DNA from: an uncultured Clostridium sp.
GTDB lineage: Bacteria; Bacillota; Clostridia; TANB77; CAG-508
Assembly: GCA_945946655.1 (NCBI GenBank)
Contig: CAMEWM010000001.1
Coordinates: 180,651 to 244,650 of the forward strand
Length of the DNA: 64,000 nucleotides
Direction of reading: 5' to 3'
Below, piece by piece: positions 1 to 9,868 of the stretch (its first letter is position 1; every line of letters starts with the position of its first letter). The translations under genes and the position numbers were made by a program. The notes below the pieces were generated by a model. It had not been told where the DNA came from. It searched no databases and saw nothing but the letters and a program-made list of their open reading frames with translations.

Positions 1-89
1 TCGATTTTATCTACTTGTAATAATGATTTTGCATTATATTGTACGATATCTTTTCTATTATATGTAGTTACTCCAATATATAATTTCAT
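1..89 (-). CDS. Glycosyltransferase family 2-like protein, N-terminus (runs off the window)
   Basis: Not in the ORF track. ATG at 89 follows GGAG and translates MKLYIGVTTYNRKDIVQYNAKSLLQVDKI, matching the GT2 N-terminal '(I/V)xxxTYNR' pattern. Confidence 0.65.
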   Translation of the reverse strand, partial: MKLYIGVTTYNRKDIVQYNAKSLLQVDKI

Positions 90-109
90 TATTATATGTC
101 TCCACTTTT

Positions 110-225
110 CCATATTTTTTGATCTTTTTTGTGACTTTTCTCAACTTATCCGTTCCGTTTCAGTTTATGTAGCTATGCTTTATTCTAAGTTCTTCTATTA
201 TTTTGTCAAATATTGCTGACATATA
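110..225 (-). pseudogene. Degenerate transposase fragment (IS481-like integrase core)
   Basis: Two frames give FDKIIEELRIKHSYI and RNG*VEKSHKKDQ, resembling the rve-type motif F..LEELGIKH..I...P.HNGKVERSHRKDQ. Internal stops and a frameshift are present. Confidence 0.5.
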
Positions 226-253
226 TATTACTTATAATTATTTGGTATGTCTG

Positions 254-3200
254 CTAAAATTTTTTCTCTTGTATATCTTCCTTTATCAACTCCATTATTG
301 CTTCTTTGTTTAAATTGGTTAAATAATTATATCTATTACCTTTACTATTTTCATCAAATCTACAAATTGATTTATATTTGCAGTATTCACAAGGAGTTTT
401 TTTATTACCAGTGTTATAATAAGGTTTTACTTCAATATTTCCTCCAAGAATTCCTTCTGAAATCTGTGTTATTATTTTCTCCATATACCTTTGTAAATAC
501 TCAAATTGTTCTCTCGTTACGGCACTTGTCCCTTTACTACTTAACTCGCCATCTTTTTTTATAGTAGCAGGTATTATTTTGCTCACACCTTTAGGTTCAT
601 TCTCTATATTTGTATCCATCTTTTTTACTATATTTACATCTGCTAATATTAGACCCTTCATTTTAAATTCTTGTTTGATTTTTTCTTCTATTTCTTCATC
701 AGACATATTTTTATCTGTTCCTATTGTTGGATTTGATAAGTTAAAGTATAGTACTCCAGCTGGTATAAAATCTTCTACTTTGCAAGTTTCATTTAGGTAT
801 GTTAAAAGTTGCAACTGTAATCCAGACATTACTTGATTTAAATCTATATTTTTTATAGATGATTTATAATCTATTATCCTTACATATGTTCCATCTGGAT
901 TTCTTAATATATCAACTCTATCTATTTTTCCAATTATTTCAACTTTTTTTCCTTCTGCTGTTGTAATTGTTATTGGCTTATACTGACCTTTTCCTCCAAA
1001 TTCAACTTCATGTCCAAAAACTTCAAATTCACTCTGTTTAATAGTTTGTACAATATATTTAATTGACATAGTGACAACTTTTTTTAATCTTTGTGCTAAT
1101 ACTTTATATTTAGCTGTTGTTGTAAAAATATAATTTCTATTTAGTTTTAGCTTATCCTCTACAATTTCTGATACTATTTGTTCTAGTTCTTCTTCTGTTA
1201 ATCGCTTTAAAATTATATTTCTTTCTTTGATTATTCCAAAGAAATTATCTATTATATCATGCATAAAAGAGCCTGTATCAACCGATTCTACTTTAAATGT
1301 TTCTTTATCATTTAACTTTAATCCGTATTTTAAAAAATAAGAGAAAGGACACCCACTATATTGTTCTAATCTTGACACACTTGTTCTTAAAGTGTTTCCG
1401 TATATTTTATCAATATTTTCTTTTGTAATCTTTTCTGGAACATTTGAATAATTTAGTCCTCTTACAGCAGAAGCTAGCTTATCATGCCATTCTTCGTTTT
1501 CGTTGTATATGTTATATATGTTAAACCATATTTCTGGTATTTCTTTGCCATCTCTAAACTCTCTTAAATTAACCAATAGTTCTTCAAATGTACTTTCTAC
1601 GGTAGAAATCTCTGACTTTCTATTTACTATATCGCTTTCTTCCTCTATTTTTTCAAAAATCTTTTTTATTCTAGAAATTAGCACCGATGGTCTTAGTGAT
1701 TTTCCCTCCATATCAGAAGAAGAATATGATAAATAAATTTTTTCTTCTGCAGTTGTAAATGCTTTATAAATGTTGAAATTATCTTCATATATTCTGTCTA
1801 TTGTGCCTTTTGCAAGTTCTACCCCATTCTGCTTAATTTTTTCTCTATCATCATCATTTAAGAATCCTTCTGCTTTATTTACTGATGGAAACATTCCGTC
1901 ATTTAAACCTATAATAAAAGTTACCTTTATTTTATGGCTTCTCGACCTATCTACATCGCCAACTGTTACTTCATCTTGAGCCATTGGTATAGTTCCTAAT
2001 TTACTTTCTCCAAGACCTGTTTTTAATATTTGCATATAGTTTTCAAATGTTATATTTTCTTCTCCAAATACAAGAACTATTTCATCTAATACTTGCATTA
2101 CTACCTTCCAACTGGTCTCATATTCAGCAGCAATATTAACTTTTCCTATTCCATTTAATTTTTTTACTTTCTCTTCTAATATTTTGTCTATTCCATTTTC
2201 TATAAAGAAATTGTATAGGTTCTCTGATATTTGTTTTGCCGTTTTATTACCTGACAAATTATTTTTTAATTTTACCAAAGGGTTAACCACTTTTTTTCTT
2301 ATTTCATTTATATTATTTATTGCATCTTTGCCAATCTCTTCTTCATCGTGAAAATTCCAATCTTCTTTATACCATTTACTCCCCTTTACTTCCCACTTTA
2401 AAGCATAGTTTTCCAACAGATAAATTTCGTCTGGAGTCAAGTCTAAAAATCCACATTTTATATAGTTAAACACACTATCATATGCCCAATTTTTTGAGAA
2501 TACATCCAATATCGAAATTAGATATTTTACCAATATATTCTGGCTTAAATCTCTTTTTTCATCTATATACACTGGAATATCATATTTTTTAAAAATGGCT
2601 TTGCATAAATTTGAATATACATCTATATTTTTAGTAATAACAGCAATGTCTCTATATCTATATTTTCCGCTTCTTATTAGCTCTACTATTCTTCGTGCCA
2701 CCTCTTCAATTTCCGAATATTGATTATTCGCTAGAAACAGTCTAATACTTTCAGTCTTTCCGTTATACTTTCTGTACGGAAAATTATATAAATTTCGTTC
2801 TATATGTTTTAATTCTTCTGATTTAAATCTTAATATTTTATCTAAAAATATTGGCTCTTCTATCTTAACTTTTAAACTTTTTGCTAATTTTAATAACTTT
2901 TCTATAGTTTCCTTGTTGCTATAAAAAATATCGTTACTCGCTTCCTTATCTTTGTACATTCCATCACTAGAAACTGTTATTACAACACTCCTGGCAACTT
3001 GTAGCAATTTTTCTATTATATCGTATTCCTGCTTTGTAAAGCCCACAAATTCATCAATGTATATTTCTGTATTTTTAAACATATCAGTCGCACTTAATTG
3101 CTGTGCCAGTATTGTTAATGAATCATTTTCATCGATATAATTATCAGTTATTCTTTCCTGAAATTTGCTATATACTGTATATATATCATTTAGTTTTGTC

Positions 3201-3652
3201 TCTAAATATGTATCTGTGTTGCCTACTTCTTCCACCAAATCTTTTAAGTTTTCCAAGGTTACTCCATGTTTTTTTAACTCTGTAATCTGCGTCATAATCA
3301 TATCAATATTGCTATCTGATTTTCCTAAAAATTTCAAATTATTTTTCTTATTTGCCAATATGCTATATATAAGCATAGATTTGCCACAATTTGAAAGAAC
3401 CGTTTTGTTGCTTCCTCCAACTTCACCAGACACTCTATGTGCCATTCTTGCAAAGGTTAAAACTTCTGCATTAATTACTGCAGAGCCTTGAGCCTCTAAG
3501 CTTTTTAAAAGCTCTTTTTCAGCAGAAAAAGAAAATTGTTCTGGAGTTATAATATATTTTTTCCTTCCATTATTTATATTTCTACTTATCTCCTGAAATA
3601 TATAGTTAGTTTTCCCCGTACCACTTCTACCATAAACAATCTGTAAACTCAT
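254..3652 (-). CDS. addB: ATP-dependent helicase/nuclease subunit B
   Basis: N-terminal GRSGTGKT, SVSRLEQYSGCPFSYF, nuclease motif GKIDRVD...IIDYKS, C-terminal Fe-S cysteines PCEYCKYKSICRFD; 1132 aa. Confidence 0.95.
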   Translation of the reverse strand: MSLQIVYGRSGTGKTNYIFQEISRNINNGRKKYIITPEQFSFSAEKELLKSLEAQGSAVINAEVLTFARMAHRVSGEVGGSNKTVLSNCGKSMLIYSILANKKNNLKFLGKSDSNIDMIMTQITELKKHGVTLENLKDLVEEVGNTDTYLETKLNDIYTVYSKFQERITDNYIDENDSLTILAQQLSATDMFKNTEIYIDEFVGFTKQEYDIIEKLLQVARSVVITVSSDGMYKDKEASNDIFYSNKETIEKLLKLAKSLKVKIEEPIFLDKILRFKSEELKHIERNLYNFPYRKYNGKTESIRLFLANNQYSEIEEVARRIVELIRSGKYRYRDIAVITKNIDVYSNLCKAIFKKYDIPVYIDEKRDLSQNILVKYLISILDVFSKNWAYDSVFNYIKCGFLDLTPDEIYLLENYALKWEVKGSKWYKEDWNFHDEEEIGKDAINNINEIRKKVVNPLVKLKNNLSGNKTAKQISENLYNFFIENGIDKILEEKVKKLNGIGKVNIAAEYETSWKVVMQVLDEIVLVFGEENITFENYMQILKTGLGESKLGTIPMAQDEVTVGDVDRSRSHKIKVTFIIGLNDGMFPSVNKAEGFLNDDDREKIKQNGVELAKGTIDRIYEDNFNIYKAFTTAEEKIYLSYSSSDMEGKSLRPSVLISRIKKIFEKIEEESDIVNRKSEISTVESTFEELLVNLREFRDGKEIPEIWFNIYNIYNENEEWHDKLASAVRGLNYSNVPEKITKENIDKIYGNTLRTSVSRLEQYSGCPFSYFLKYGLKLNDKETFKVESVDTGSFMHDIIDNFFGIIKERNIILKRLTEEELEQIVSEIVEDKLKLNRNYIFTTTAKYKVLAQRLKKVVTMSIKYIVQTIKQSEFEVFGHEVEFGGKGQYKPITITTAEGKKVEIIGKIDRVDILRNPDGTYVRIIDYKSSIKNIDLNQVMSGLQLQLLTYLNETCKVEDFIPAGVLYFNLSNPTIGTDKNMSDEEIEEKIKQEFKMKGLILADVNIVKKMDTNIENEPKGVSKIIPATIKKDGELSSKGTSAVTREQFEYLQRYMEKIITQISEGILGGNIEVKPYYNTGNKKTPCEYCKYKSICRFDENSKGNRYNYLTNLNKEAIMELIKEDIQEKKF

Positions 3653-3699
3653 AACTTATCACTTTCTTTTTACATTTTTACTAAACCTATTAAAATATT

Positions 3700-4578
3700 T
3701 TAAGTGTTTTCTCGTTTCCAATAAAATAAATATTGTTGAGCAATTCCTTCTAATTTTCCAAATTTTGCTCTTGCCAATTGTTCAATCTCTTTTTTGTTTA
3801 CTTTTCCTTCATCCGGATTATGTATATACAAATCATTCATTACTCTTCTCACCCAAACGTCTATTGGAAAAACGTCAAATCTTTTTAATGTTGAAAATAA
3901 TAGTATACAATCTGCAACTTTAGGGCCAACCCCTGATAGAGTTAATAATTGATTTCTAATCTTTGTTGTATCTGACTCATTCTTCATTTCTTCTAGATTT
4001 ACGTCGCCATTTTTTATTTTCTTAGTAGTTTCATATATGTATTTATCTCTAAATCCTAATCCTAAAGTTCGTAAATCTTCTATACTAGCTGTTGATAATG
4101 CCTCTATTGTTGGAAAAGTATAATATGCTTTCCCTCTAAATTCTATTTTATCTCCATACTTTTGAGACATCCTATCTATTATTCCTTTAATCCTAGGAAT
4201 ATTGTTATTTGCAGATACTATAAATGAAATAATCATTTCCCATAAATCTTGATTAAGAATACGAATACCTTCGCCATATTTAATACTCTCAGCTAGGTAT
4301 TCGTCTATATTAGACAGCTTTTCTTTTATTTCTTCATAATTTCTATCTAAGTCGAAATAATATCTAGTAATATCTTCAATATTACCATCACATATTCCTG
4401 AAATTATTATTTTATAACCATCAACATCTTGCTCTTGTTTAACATTTAAAACATTATTCCCAAATATTCCAGTATAGCTTTCATCATCTTGCTCATTCCA
4501 TCTAAAACATTGACCACAATCAAATACATCTTTTACTTTAAATGATTTACAATTATTTATTATATATCTTTGTTCCAT
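3700..4578 (-). CDS. ogg: 8-oxoguanine DNA glycosylase (OGG1-like, HhH-GPD)
   Basis: FDCGQCFRW, GIRILNQD, HhH motif LSGVGPKVADCILLF, FPIDVW. Confidence 0.9.
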   Translation of the reverse strand: MEQRYIINNCKSFKVKDVFDCGQCFRWNEQDDESYTGIFGNNVLNVKQEQDVDGYKIIISGICDGNIEDITRYYFDLDRNYEEIKEKLSNIDEYLAESIKYGEGIRILNQDLWEMIISFIVSANNNIPRIKGIIDRMSQKYGDKIEFRGKAYYTFPTIEALSTASIEDLRTLGLGFRDKYIYETTKKIKNGDVNLEEMKNESDTTKIRNQLLTLSGVGPKVADCILLFSTLKRFDVFPIDVWVRRVMNDLYIHNPDEGKVNKKEIEQLARAKFGKLEGIAQQYLFYWKRENT

Positions 4579-4594
4579 TATTTGCTCCTTACTA

Positions 4595-5134
4595 TTATTC
4601 TATTCTTATTAAAACATTTTCTCCTATACTTTTCAATAGTTCTAACATTTTTTCTTTTGGTATCGCTATACATCCAGCAGTTGGTCTCCCCATACTACAA
4701 TGCAGAAATATCGCACTACCTTGACCTGGTAAATTATTAGGGTTCGTTTTTATCTCTATTGCATATTCATACTGTTTTGGATATTCTATAAGATGCTCTG
4801 CACTATTCCAATCTTTATTTACTTTACTTATATCTACAAGTTTATTATAATACTTTGATTTAACATCATCCACCCAGTATAAATCATTGTTTATTTGTAT
4901 GTATCCCACTCTTAGATCCTTCAAAGGTTTATGCATACCAAATGCTATTCCTAGATTATATATTCCTAACGGAGTTTTACAATCACCTTCTTTTTTATTT
5001 ACAGTACAGCCATTTTTTCCTATAAAAGCATTTGTTTCAAATACTTTATGTTTTCCTTTATATAATTCTAAAATTGCTTTACTATTATCTTTCGTTTTAA
5101 CAATTATAATTTGGTTCATATCATTATCTTTCAT
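4595..5134 (-). CDS. L,D-transpeptidase (YkuD) family protein
   Basis: KKEGDCKTPLG and GSAIFLHC...PTAGCIA (His/Cys catalytic motif). Start placed at Met 5134, just after the YitT stop, rather than 5173. Confidence 0.8.
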   Translation of the reverse strand: MKDNDMNQIIIVKTKDNSKAILELYKGKHKVFETNAFIGKNGCTVNKKEGDCKTPLGIYNLGIAFGMHKPLKDLRVGYIQINNDLYWVDDVKSKYYNKLVDISKVNKDWNSAEHLIEYPKQYEYAIEIKTNPNNLPGQGSAIFLHCSMGRPTAGCIAIPKEKMLELLKSIGENVLIRIE

Positions 5135-5138
5135 TTCT

Positions 5139-6048
5139 TTATTTAAAACCTTTCCCCAGTACCTCTCTTGCATTTAAAATAATTATAAACGAAGTTCTAT
5201 CCACTTTCTTTGCTATACTTTCCATTACATAAGATTCTGTTCGTGATCCAACACATAACAGTGTCATTTTTTCTTCATTGGTGTACATTCCCTTTGAATA
5301 TAACCCTGTACTTCCTCTGTTTACTTCATTTCCAATTTTTTCTGCAATTTCTTTATACATTGGAGATATTATAAGAACTACCTTTGTGAAATTTATACCC
5401 TCAAATATTAGATCTATCATTTTCCCCATGAGAAATATAGCTATTGCAGAATATAGTCCTACCTCAACGGTTCTAAAGAAAAATACATTTGTAGTTATAA
5501 TAATCACATCAGTTATTAGAATCAAATTGCTCGTTCTATATTGTGGTTTGTATGCTCTTATTACGTATGATAATAAATCTGATCCTCCTGTAGAAGCTCT
5601 ATACTTTAATACTATCGCAGTTCCTATTCCCATCATAATCCCGACCATAAATACATCCAAGGAACTTATCGTGAGTTAATGGCTCCATCTTATCAAAAAA
5701 GTCCACTAATACAGAAAATATAATCGTGCCATATATTGACCTAAAAAATAACTGCTTGCCTATTTTAAAATATGCAACTAATAATAAAGGTATGTTTAAT
5801 ATTAACATAGTACTTCCTAAAGGGAATTTAAATAAATAATATAATATCGTTGCAATACCAGAAAATCCTCCTGTAGATAGTTCGTTTGGAAGTAAAAATA
5901 ATGACACCCCAACGGCCATTACTATGCATCCTATAGTTATCAGTACATATTCTTTAAATATATTTTTTATAGTCTGTTTTCTTATTTCACAAATTTTCTC
6001 AATGTCTTTTCTTATCTTTTTTTGCTTCTTATTTTTTGCATTTTCCAT
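5139..6048 (-). CDS. YitT family membrane protein, interrupted by a +1 shift at a CGG codon (about 302 aa when joined)
   Basis: ORF 5599..6048 (LSTGGFSGIA, LNIPL) plus ORF 5139..5660 (STGGSDLL, NRGST). Junction TAT GGT C GGG ATT ATG ATG GGA restores the family pattern IYGGIMMGIG. Confidence 0.88.
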
Positions 6049-6050
6049 AA

Positions 6051-6097
6051 AAAATCACCTATATCACCATTATTGGCAAATATAGGTAATTTTATAC
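6051..6097 (-). promoter_or_regulatory. 14-bp hairpin covering the YitT RBS, overlapping a sigmaF/G-like promoter; may also terminate the upstream gene
   Basis: AAAATTACCTATAT...ATATAGGTGATTTT stem with one G-U pair; GTATA-N15-GCCAATAAT. Confidence 0.5.
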
Positions 6098-6100
6098 ATT

Positions 6101-7138
6101 TTATGCAATTTCTAACACATTTATTTTGAACTTTCCAGGCTTGAAATTTTCATTACTTTTTACTGTAATAATTACTGCATATGTGTCTTTTAATTTTTTT
6201 ATATTTTCTTTTTTATGTCCAATTATGTTATTTATATTCTTGGGGTTAGCTTCTATTTCAACTTTAATTACTTTCGCATTAATATTTTTTATCTTTTCTA
6301 CAATTTTATCATACCATATACTATCTTCTACTAATTGTCCAAATGCAGGATGATATGGACCTGCAATGACCTCACTTTCCTTTTTTGAAACATCAGTTAT
6401 TGTATCTGTATTTTGTAATCCTACTCTTATTATTTGTATATGTTTTTGATTAAATAGTTTTACAATTTCTTTACTTCTCTCAACCGCTTGAGATACAGTT
6501 AATGGAATAAAATCACCTTTTTCATATTCTTCCTCTAATTCTGTGCCTTTAATTACCAAAACAGGATATATTCTTACCATTTTCGGTCTTAATTTTATAC
6601 TGTCTTTAGCAGTTTGAATATCATCTTTTTCATTGCTGTCTGGGAGACCTACCATAATTTGATGTCCTAGATTAAATCCATATAATCTGATCAATTTAGA
6701 TGCTTTAATTACATCTTCAAAACTATGTCCTCTCTTACATCTGGCTAATATATAGTTATTTGAAGATTGTACTCCTAGTTCAATTGTTTTCACATGATAT
6801 TTCTTAAGCATTTTTAATATAGATTTATCTATTGCATCTGGTCTAGTAGACAAACGTATGCTATCAACTTTCTTATTCTTTATATATGGCTGAACTGCTG
6901 TAAGCAATTCTTCCTGTTTTTCTCTTTCTATCGCTGTAAAACTTCCTCCAAAAAATGCCACTTCAACATATTTATGTTCGTCTTTAAAGTTCTTCAAATA
7001 ATATTCAATTGTTTTAGTTACATCTTCCGCTGTTACTTGTTTCTTTTCTCCACTAATGGTTCTTTGGTTACAAAAAGTACAACATTTTTTACATCCTAAA
7101 TGTGGTACAAATATTGGAATAATATATTCTTTTTTCAA
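6101..7138 (-). CDS. Radical SAM protein (Elp3-like), the clostridial rnc neighbour
   Basis: CxxxCxxC motif (GCKKCCTFCNQ), AFFGGSFT, RLSTRPD, ELGVQS, AGPYHPAFG; TTG start with GGAGG RBS. Confidence 0.85.
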   Translation of the reverse strand: MKKEYIIPIFVPHLGCKKCCTFCNQRTISGEKKQVTAEDVTKTIEYYLKNFKDEHKYVEVAFFGGSFTAIEREKQEELLTAVQPYIKNKKVDSIRLSTRPDAIDKSILKMLKKYHVKTIELGVQSSNNYILARCKRGHSFEDVIKASKLIRLYGFNLGHQIMVGLPDSNEKDDIQTAKDSIKLRPKMVRIYPVLVIKGTELEEEYEKGDFIPLTVSQAVERSKEIVKLFNQKHIQIIRVGLQNTDTITDVSKKESEVIAGPYHPAFGQLVEDSIWYDKIVEKIKNINAKVIKVEIEANPKNINNIIGHKKENIKKLKDTYAVIITVKSNENFKPGKFKINVLEIA

Positions 7139-7169
7139 TATTATTACCTCCTACCCCATAACCTATAAA

Positions 7170-7862
7170 TTATAATGTTTTTAATGCTTTATCTGCTGCA
7201 TCCATCTCTGCCTGTTTTTTAGTCTTTCCTTCTCCTTGAGCTAGCACCTTACCATTTAACTTTACTTCAGCAGTAAAAGTTTTATCATGGTCTGGTCCTG
7301 ATTCTTTTATGATTTCATATTTAATATCAACATTACCATTCACTTGCAATTTTTCTTGCAAAATAGTTTTGTGATCTTTTATTCCTACATGTTGACTTGC
7401 AATTCTTATTTCCTCTTTTAAATTATCTATTATAAACTTTTCAGAAATTTCAAGTCCAGAGTCAAAGTACATTGCTGCAATAACAGCCTCTACACTGTCC
7501 GCCATTATAGCAACCTTTCTATTTCCTTGGTGCATCATCTCACTTTTTCCAACATACAAGAAATCACTAAAATTATGCTTGTCAGCAATTTTATATAAGC
7601 TCTCTTCGCATACCACGGTAGCTCTAACTTTAGTCATTTCTCCTTCTTTTAAATTTGGATAATTCTGATATATAAACTTACTAGACAAAAATTCTAATAT
7701 ACTGTCCCCAAGAAATTCTAATTTTTCATTACTTTCAATCTTATGTTCATATGCATATGATGTATGTGTTAAAGCTTTTTTTAATAAGTTTATGTTTTTA
7801 AATTTGTAACCTATACTTTCTTCTAATACAGACAAGCTTTTTCGTTCTGTCATTCCGTTCAC
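7170..7862 (-). CDS. rnc: Ribonuclease III
   Basis: ALTHTSY, NEKLEFLGDSIL signature, C-terminal dsRBD (GPDHDKTF...KKQAEMDAA). Confidence 0.97.
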   Translation of the reverse strand: MNGMTERKSLSVLEESIGYKFKNINLLKKALTHTSYAYEHKIESNEKLEFLGDSILEFLSSKFIYQNYPNLKEGEMTKVRATVVCEESLYKIADKHNFSDFLYVGKSEMMHQGNRKVAIMADSVEAVIAAMYFDSGLEISEKFIIDNLKEEIRIASQHVGIKDHKTILQEKLQVNGNVDIKYEIIKESGPDHDKTFTAEVKLNGKVLAQGEGKTKKQAEMDAADKALKTL

Positions 7863-7963
7863 CTCTTATATAATATCTATATAATACCTCATTTTACGCG
7901 ATTTGTAAATAGTGCGTAAATCAAAAAAAAGAAAGGCAATTAACCTTTCAAATTTATTTTTTC

Positions 7964-8206
7964 TTAAGCTACATGATCCTTTATATAATCAACAACGTCA
8001 CCAACTGTTACTATCTTTTCAGCATCAGCATCAGGGATTTCTGTATCAAACTCTTCTTCTAGTGCCATTATTAATTCAACTATATCTAATGAATCAGCTC
8101 CTAAATCATCTATAAAAGAAGCCTCCATTGTAACTGATGTGTCTGCCACACCTAATTGCTCTACTATTATTGATTTTACTTTATCAAATATTTCTTCTGA
8201 ACTCAT
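7964..8206 (-). CDS. acpP: Acyl carrier protein
   Basis: [20 protein letters not shown] phosphopantetheine motif. Confidence 0.97.
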   Translation of the reverse strand: MSSEEIFDKVKSIIVEQLGVADTSVTMEASFIDDLGADSLDIVELIMALEEEFDTEIPDADAEKIVTVGDVVDYIKDHVA

Positions 8207-8448
8207 CTTACAAGTTCACCCCCTCTCAAATTACTATATGCTTATACATAAGATAATACAAGTTCCATTAATTGTCAAGCAAAATAAAAAAACTTTTTAG
8301 CTTTTACTTATTATTAGATAAAAAACCTTCTATTTCTAGCCTTTTGCAGTTTTCGAACGCTCATTCAATTTTATATTCAACTTATAATCTATTGCCTTTT
8401 TTCTTTTTAAGTGTTATTATTTTTATAGTATTTACGAAGGAGAAAAAT

Positions 8449-9393
8449 ATGTATAAAGAAAAATTTGATTTTTATGATTCAACCTCCATAAAAATATATA
8501 ATCTTGATAGTAAGATACGCTATGAATTGTCAATATTAGATAGATTAGATGCACTAACTAAACAACATTCAGAAAATGTTGGTAATCTATGTGGAAGAAT
8601 TTGCCAATATCTAAAATTAAATAAGAAATTTACTGTGCATGCTATTATCTGTGGATATCTTCATGATATAGGAAAATCTAGAATTCCATATGAAATTTTA
8701 TCTAAACCAGCCGAACTAACTGATGAAGAATATGAAATTATGAAAACACACACAACTTTAGGATATAAAATGTGTATGGATGACTTGAAATTAAGGCCTT
8801 ATGCAGAAGGAGCCTTATACCATCACGAAGCATTAAATGGTTCGGGATATCCAAGTGGTTTAACTAAAGAAAAAATTCCATTTGTAGCACGAATTATTCG
8901 TGTTGCAGATGAATATGATGCACTGGTAACCAAAAGACATTATACAACTCACGTTCACATTTCTGATACGTTAAAAGATATGATTAGGGATGCTCATCCC
9001 GAGAATTATGAGAAAGTTGTTGCTTTAGGCCAACTTTCAGAAAATTCTAAAGTAGGGAAGATTAGTCCTAAACTTTTAAAAGTACTTTTTAAAGTTGTTA
9101 TTGATGATACAAAATATGAAATTAGTTGTGTTGTTGACTACATAGACTATCTAAAAGATAACATTAAAAGGCTTGAACTTATTGATTCTTATAATTTTAA
9201 GATGCAAAAGACTAGTAATCAGAGCAAACGTGATTATTATAAAGAAGGAATGCAAATGCTTTTTCAAGCAGGTGAAAATTTTCAAAATTATCATCAAGTA
9301 TTACAAGAATATAGAGATGCTTTGATTGTAAGAGAAACTAGAATAAATGATTTATATAATGAAATAAAAATAATAAAAAAGCTAAAAGTTTAA
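8449..9393 (+). CDS. HD-GYP domain protein (putative cyclic dinucleotide phosphodiesterase)
   Basis: HSENV, LHDIGK, HHEALNGSGYP, VADEYDAL. True start likely ATG 8449 after AAGGAG. Confidence 0.85.
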   Translation: MYKEKFDFYDSTSIKIYNLDSKIRYELSILDRLDALTKQHSENVGNLCGRICQYLKLNKKFTVHAIICGYLHDIGKSRIPYEILSKPAELTDEEYEIMKTHTTLGYKMCMDDLKLRPYAEGALYHHEALNGSGYPSGLTKEKIPFVARIIRVADEYDALVTKRHYTTHVHISDTLKDMIRDAHPENYEKVVALGQLSENSKVGKISPKLLKVLFKVVIDDTKYEISCVVDYIDYLKDNIKRLELIDSYNFKMQKTSNQSKRDYYKEGMQMLFQAGENFQNYHQVLQEYRDALIVRETRINDLYNEIKIIKKLKV

Positions 9394-9406
9394 ACTTTTA
9401 GCTTTT
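9377..9406. terminator. Perfect palindrome, probable bidirectional terminator between HD-GYP and mazF
   Basis: AAAAGCTAAAAGTTT|AAACTTTTAGCTTTT between convergent genes. Confidence 0.6.
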
Positions 9407-9436
9407 CCTTTAAATTATAACATCGCATAACATTTA

Positions 9437-9788
9437 CTACTCATCCAATCCAAAGCTTACACCTAAAGCATTATTTATTTGATTCATAATATTAGCATCA
9501 TCTATATGCCCTATTTTCTCTTTTAATCTACTTTTATCAATAGTTCTAATTTGCTCTGTAAGAACTATTGACTCTGTTTTTAACTTTGTGTTTTCTGGAC
9601 CTATTTCTATATGCGTTGGTAATTTGCTTTTTCCCATTTGAGAAGTTATTGCTGCTGCTATAACTGTTGGACTGTGCTTATTTCCCATATCGTTTTGAAT
9701 TATTACGACAGGTCTTATTCCTCCGTTGCTCAGAACCAACTACAGGACTTAAATCAGCATAAAACATATCTCCTCTTTTTACAACCAT
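9437..9788 (-). CDS. mazF: MazF/PemK (NdoA/EndoA-type) endoribonuclease toxin, interrupted by a +1 shift at a CGG codon (116 aa when joined)
   Basis: ATG 9788 with GGAG RBS gives MVVKRGDMFYADLSPVVGSEQ, then C, then GGIRPVVIIQND...LPTH...EQIRTIDKSRL, the canonical GSEQGGxRP motif. Confidence 0.92.
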
Positions 9789-9868
9789 ATTATTCACTCC
9801 TAATATTTCTATAACTAAGATTTGTTTTTTGATATATTTTAAACACTAGTCTAAGATAAAATACTATA

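Noticed and set aside
8272-8448. N-terminal extension of the HD-GYP ORF from TTG 8272
   Set aside because: Overlaps the divergent acpP promoter region; a good RBS precedes ATG 8449.
8791-8799. AGG as a second shifty codon
   Set aside because: AGG occurs in frame in intact genes (e.g. TTA AGG CCT in the HD-GYP gene) with no break.
8289-9410. Near-direct repeat AAACTTTT(T)AGCTTTT flanking the HD-GYP gene as an insertion signature
   Set aside because: Short, AT-rich and imperfect; one copy is half of the terminator palindrome; no mobility gene.
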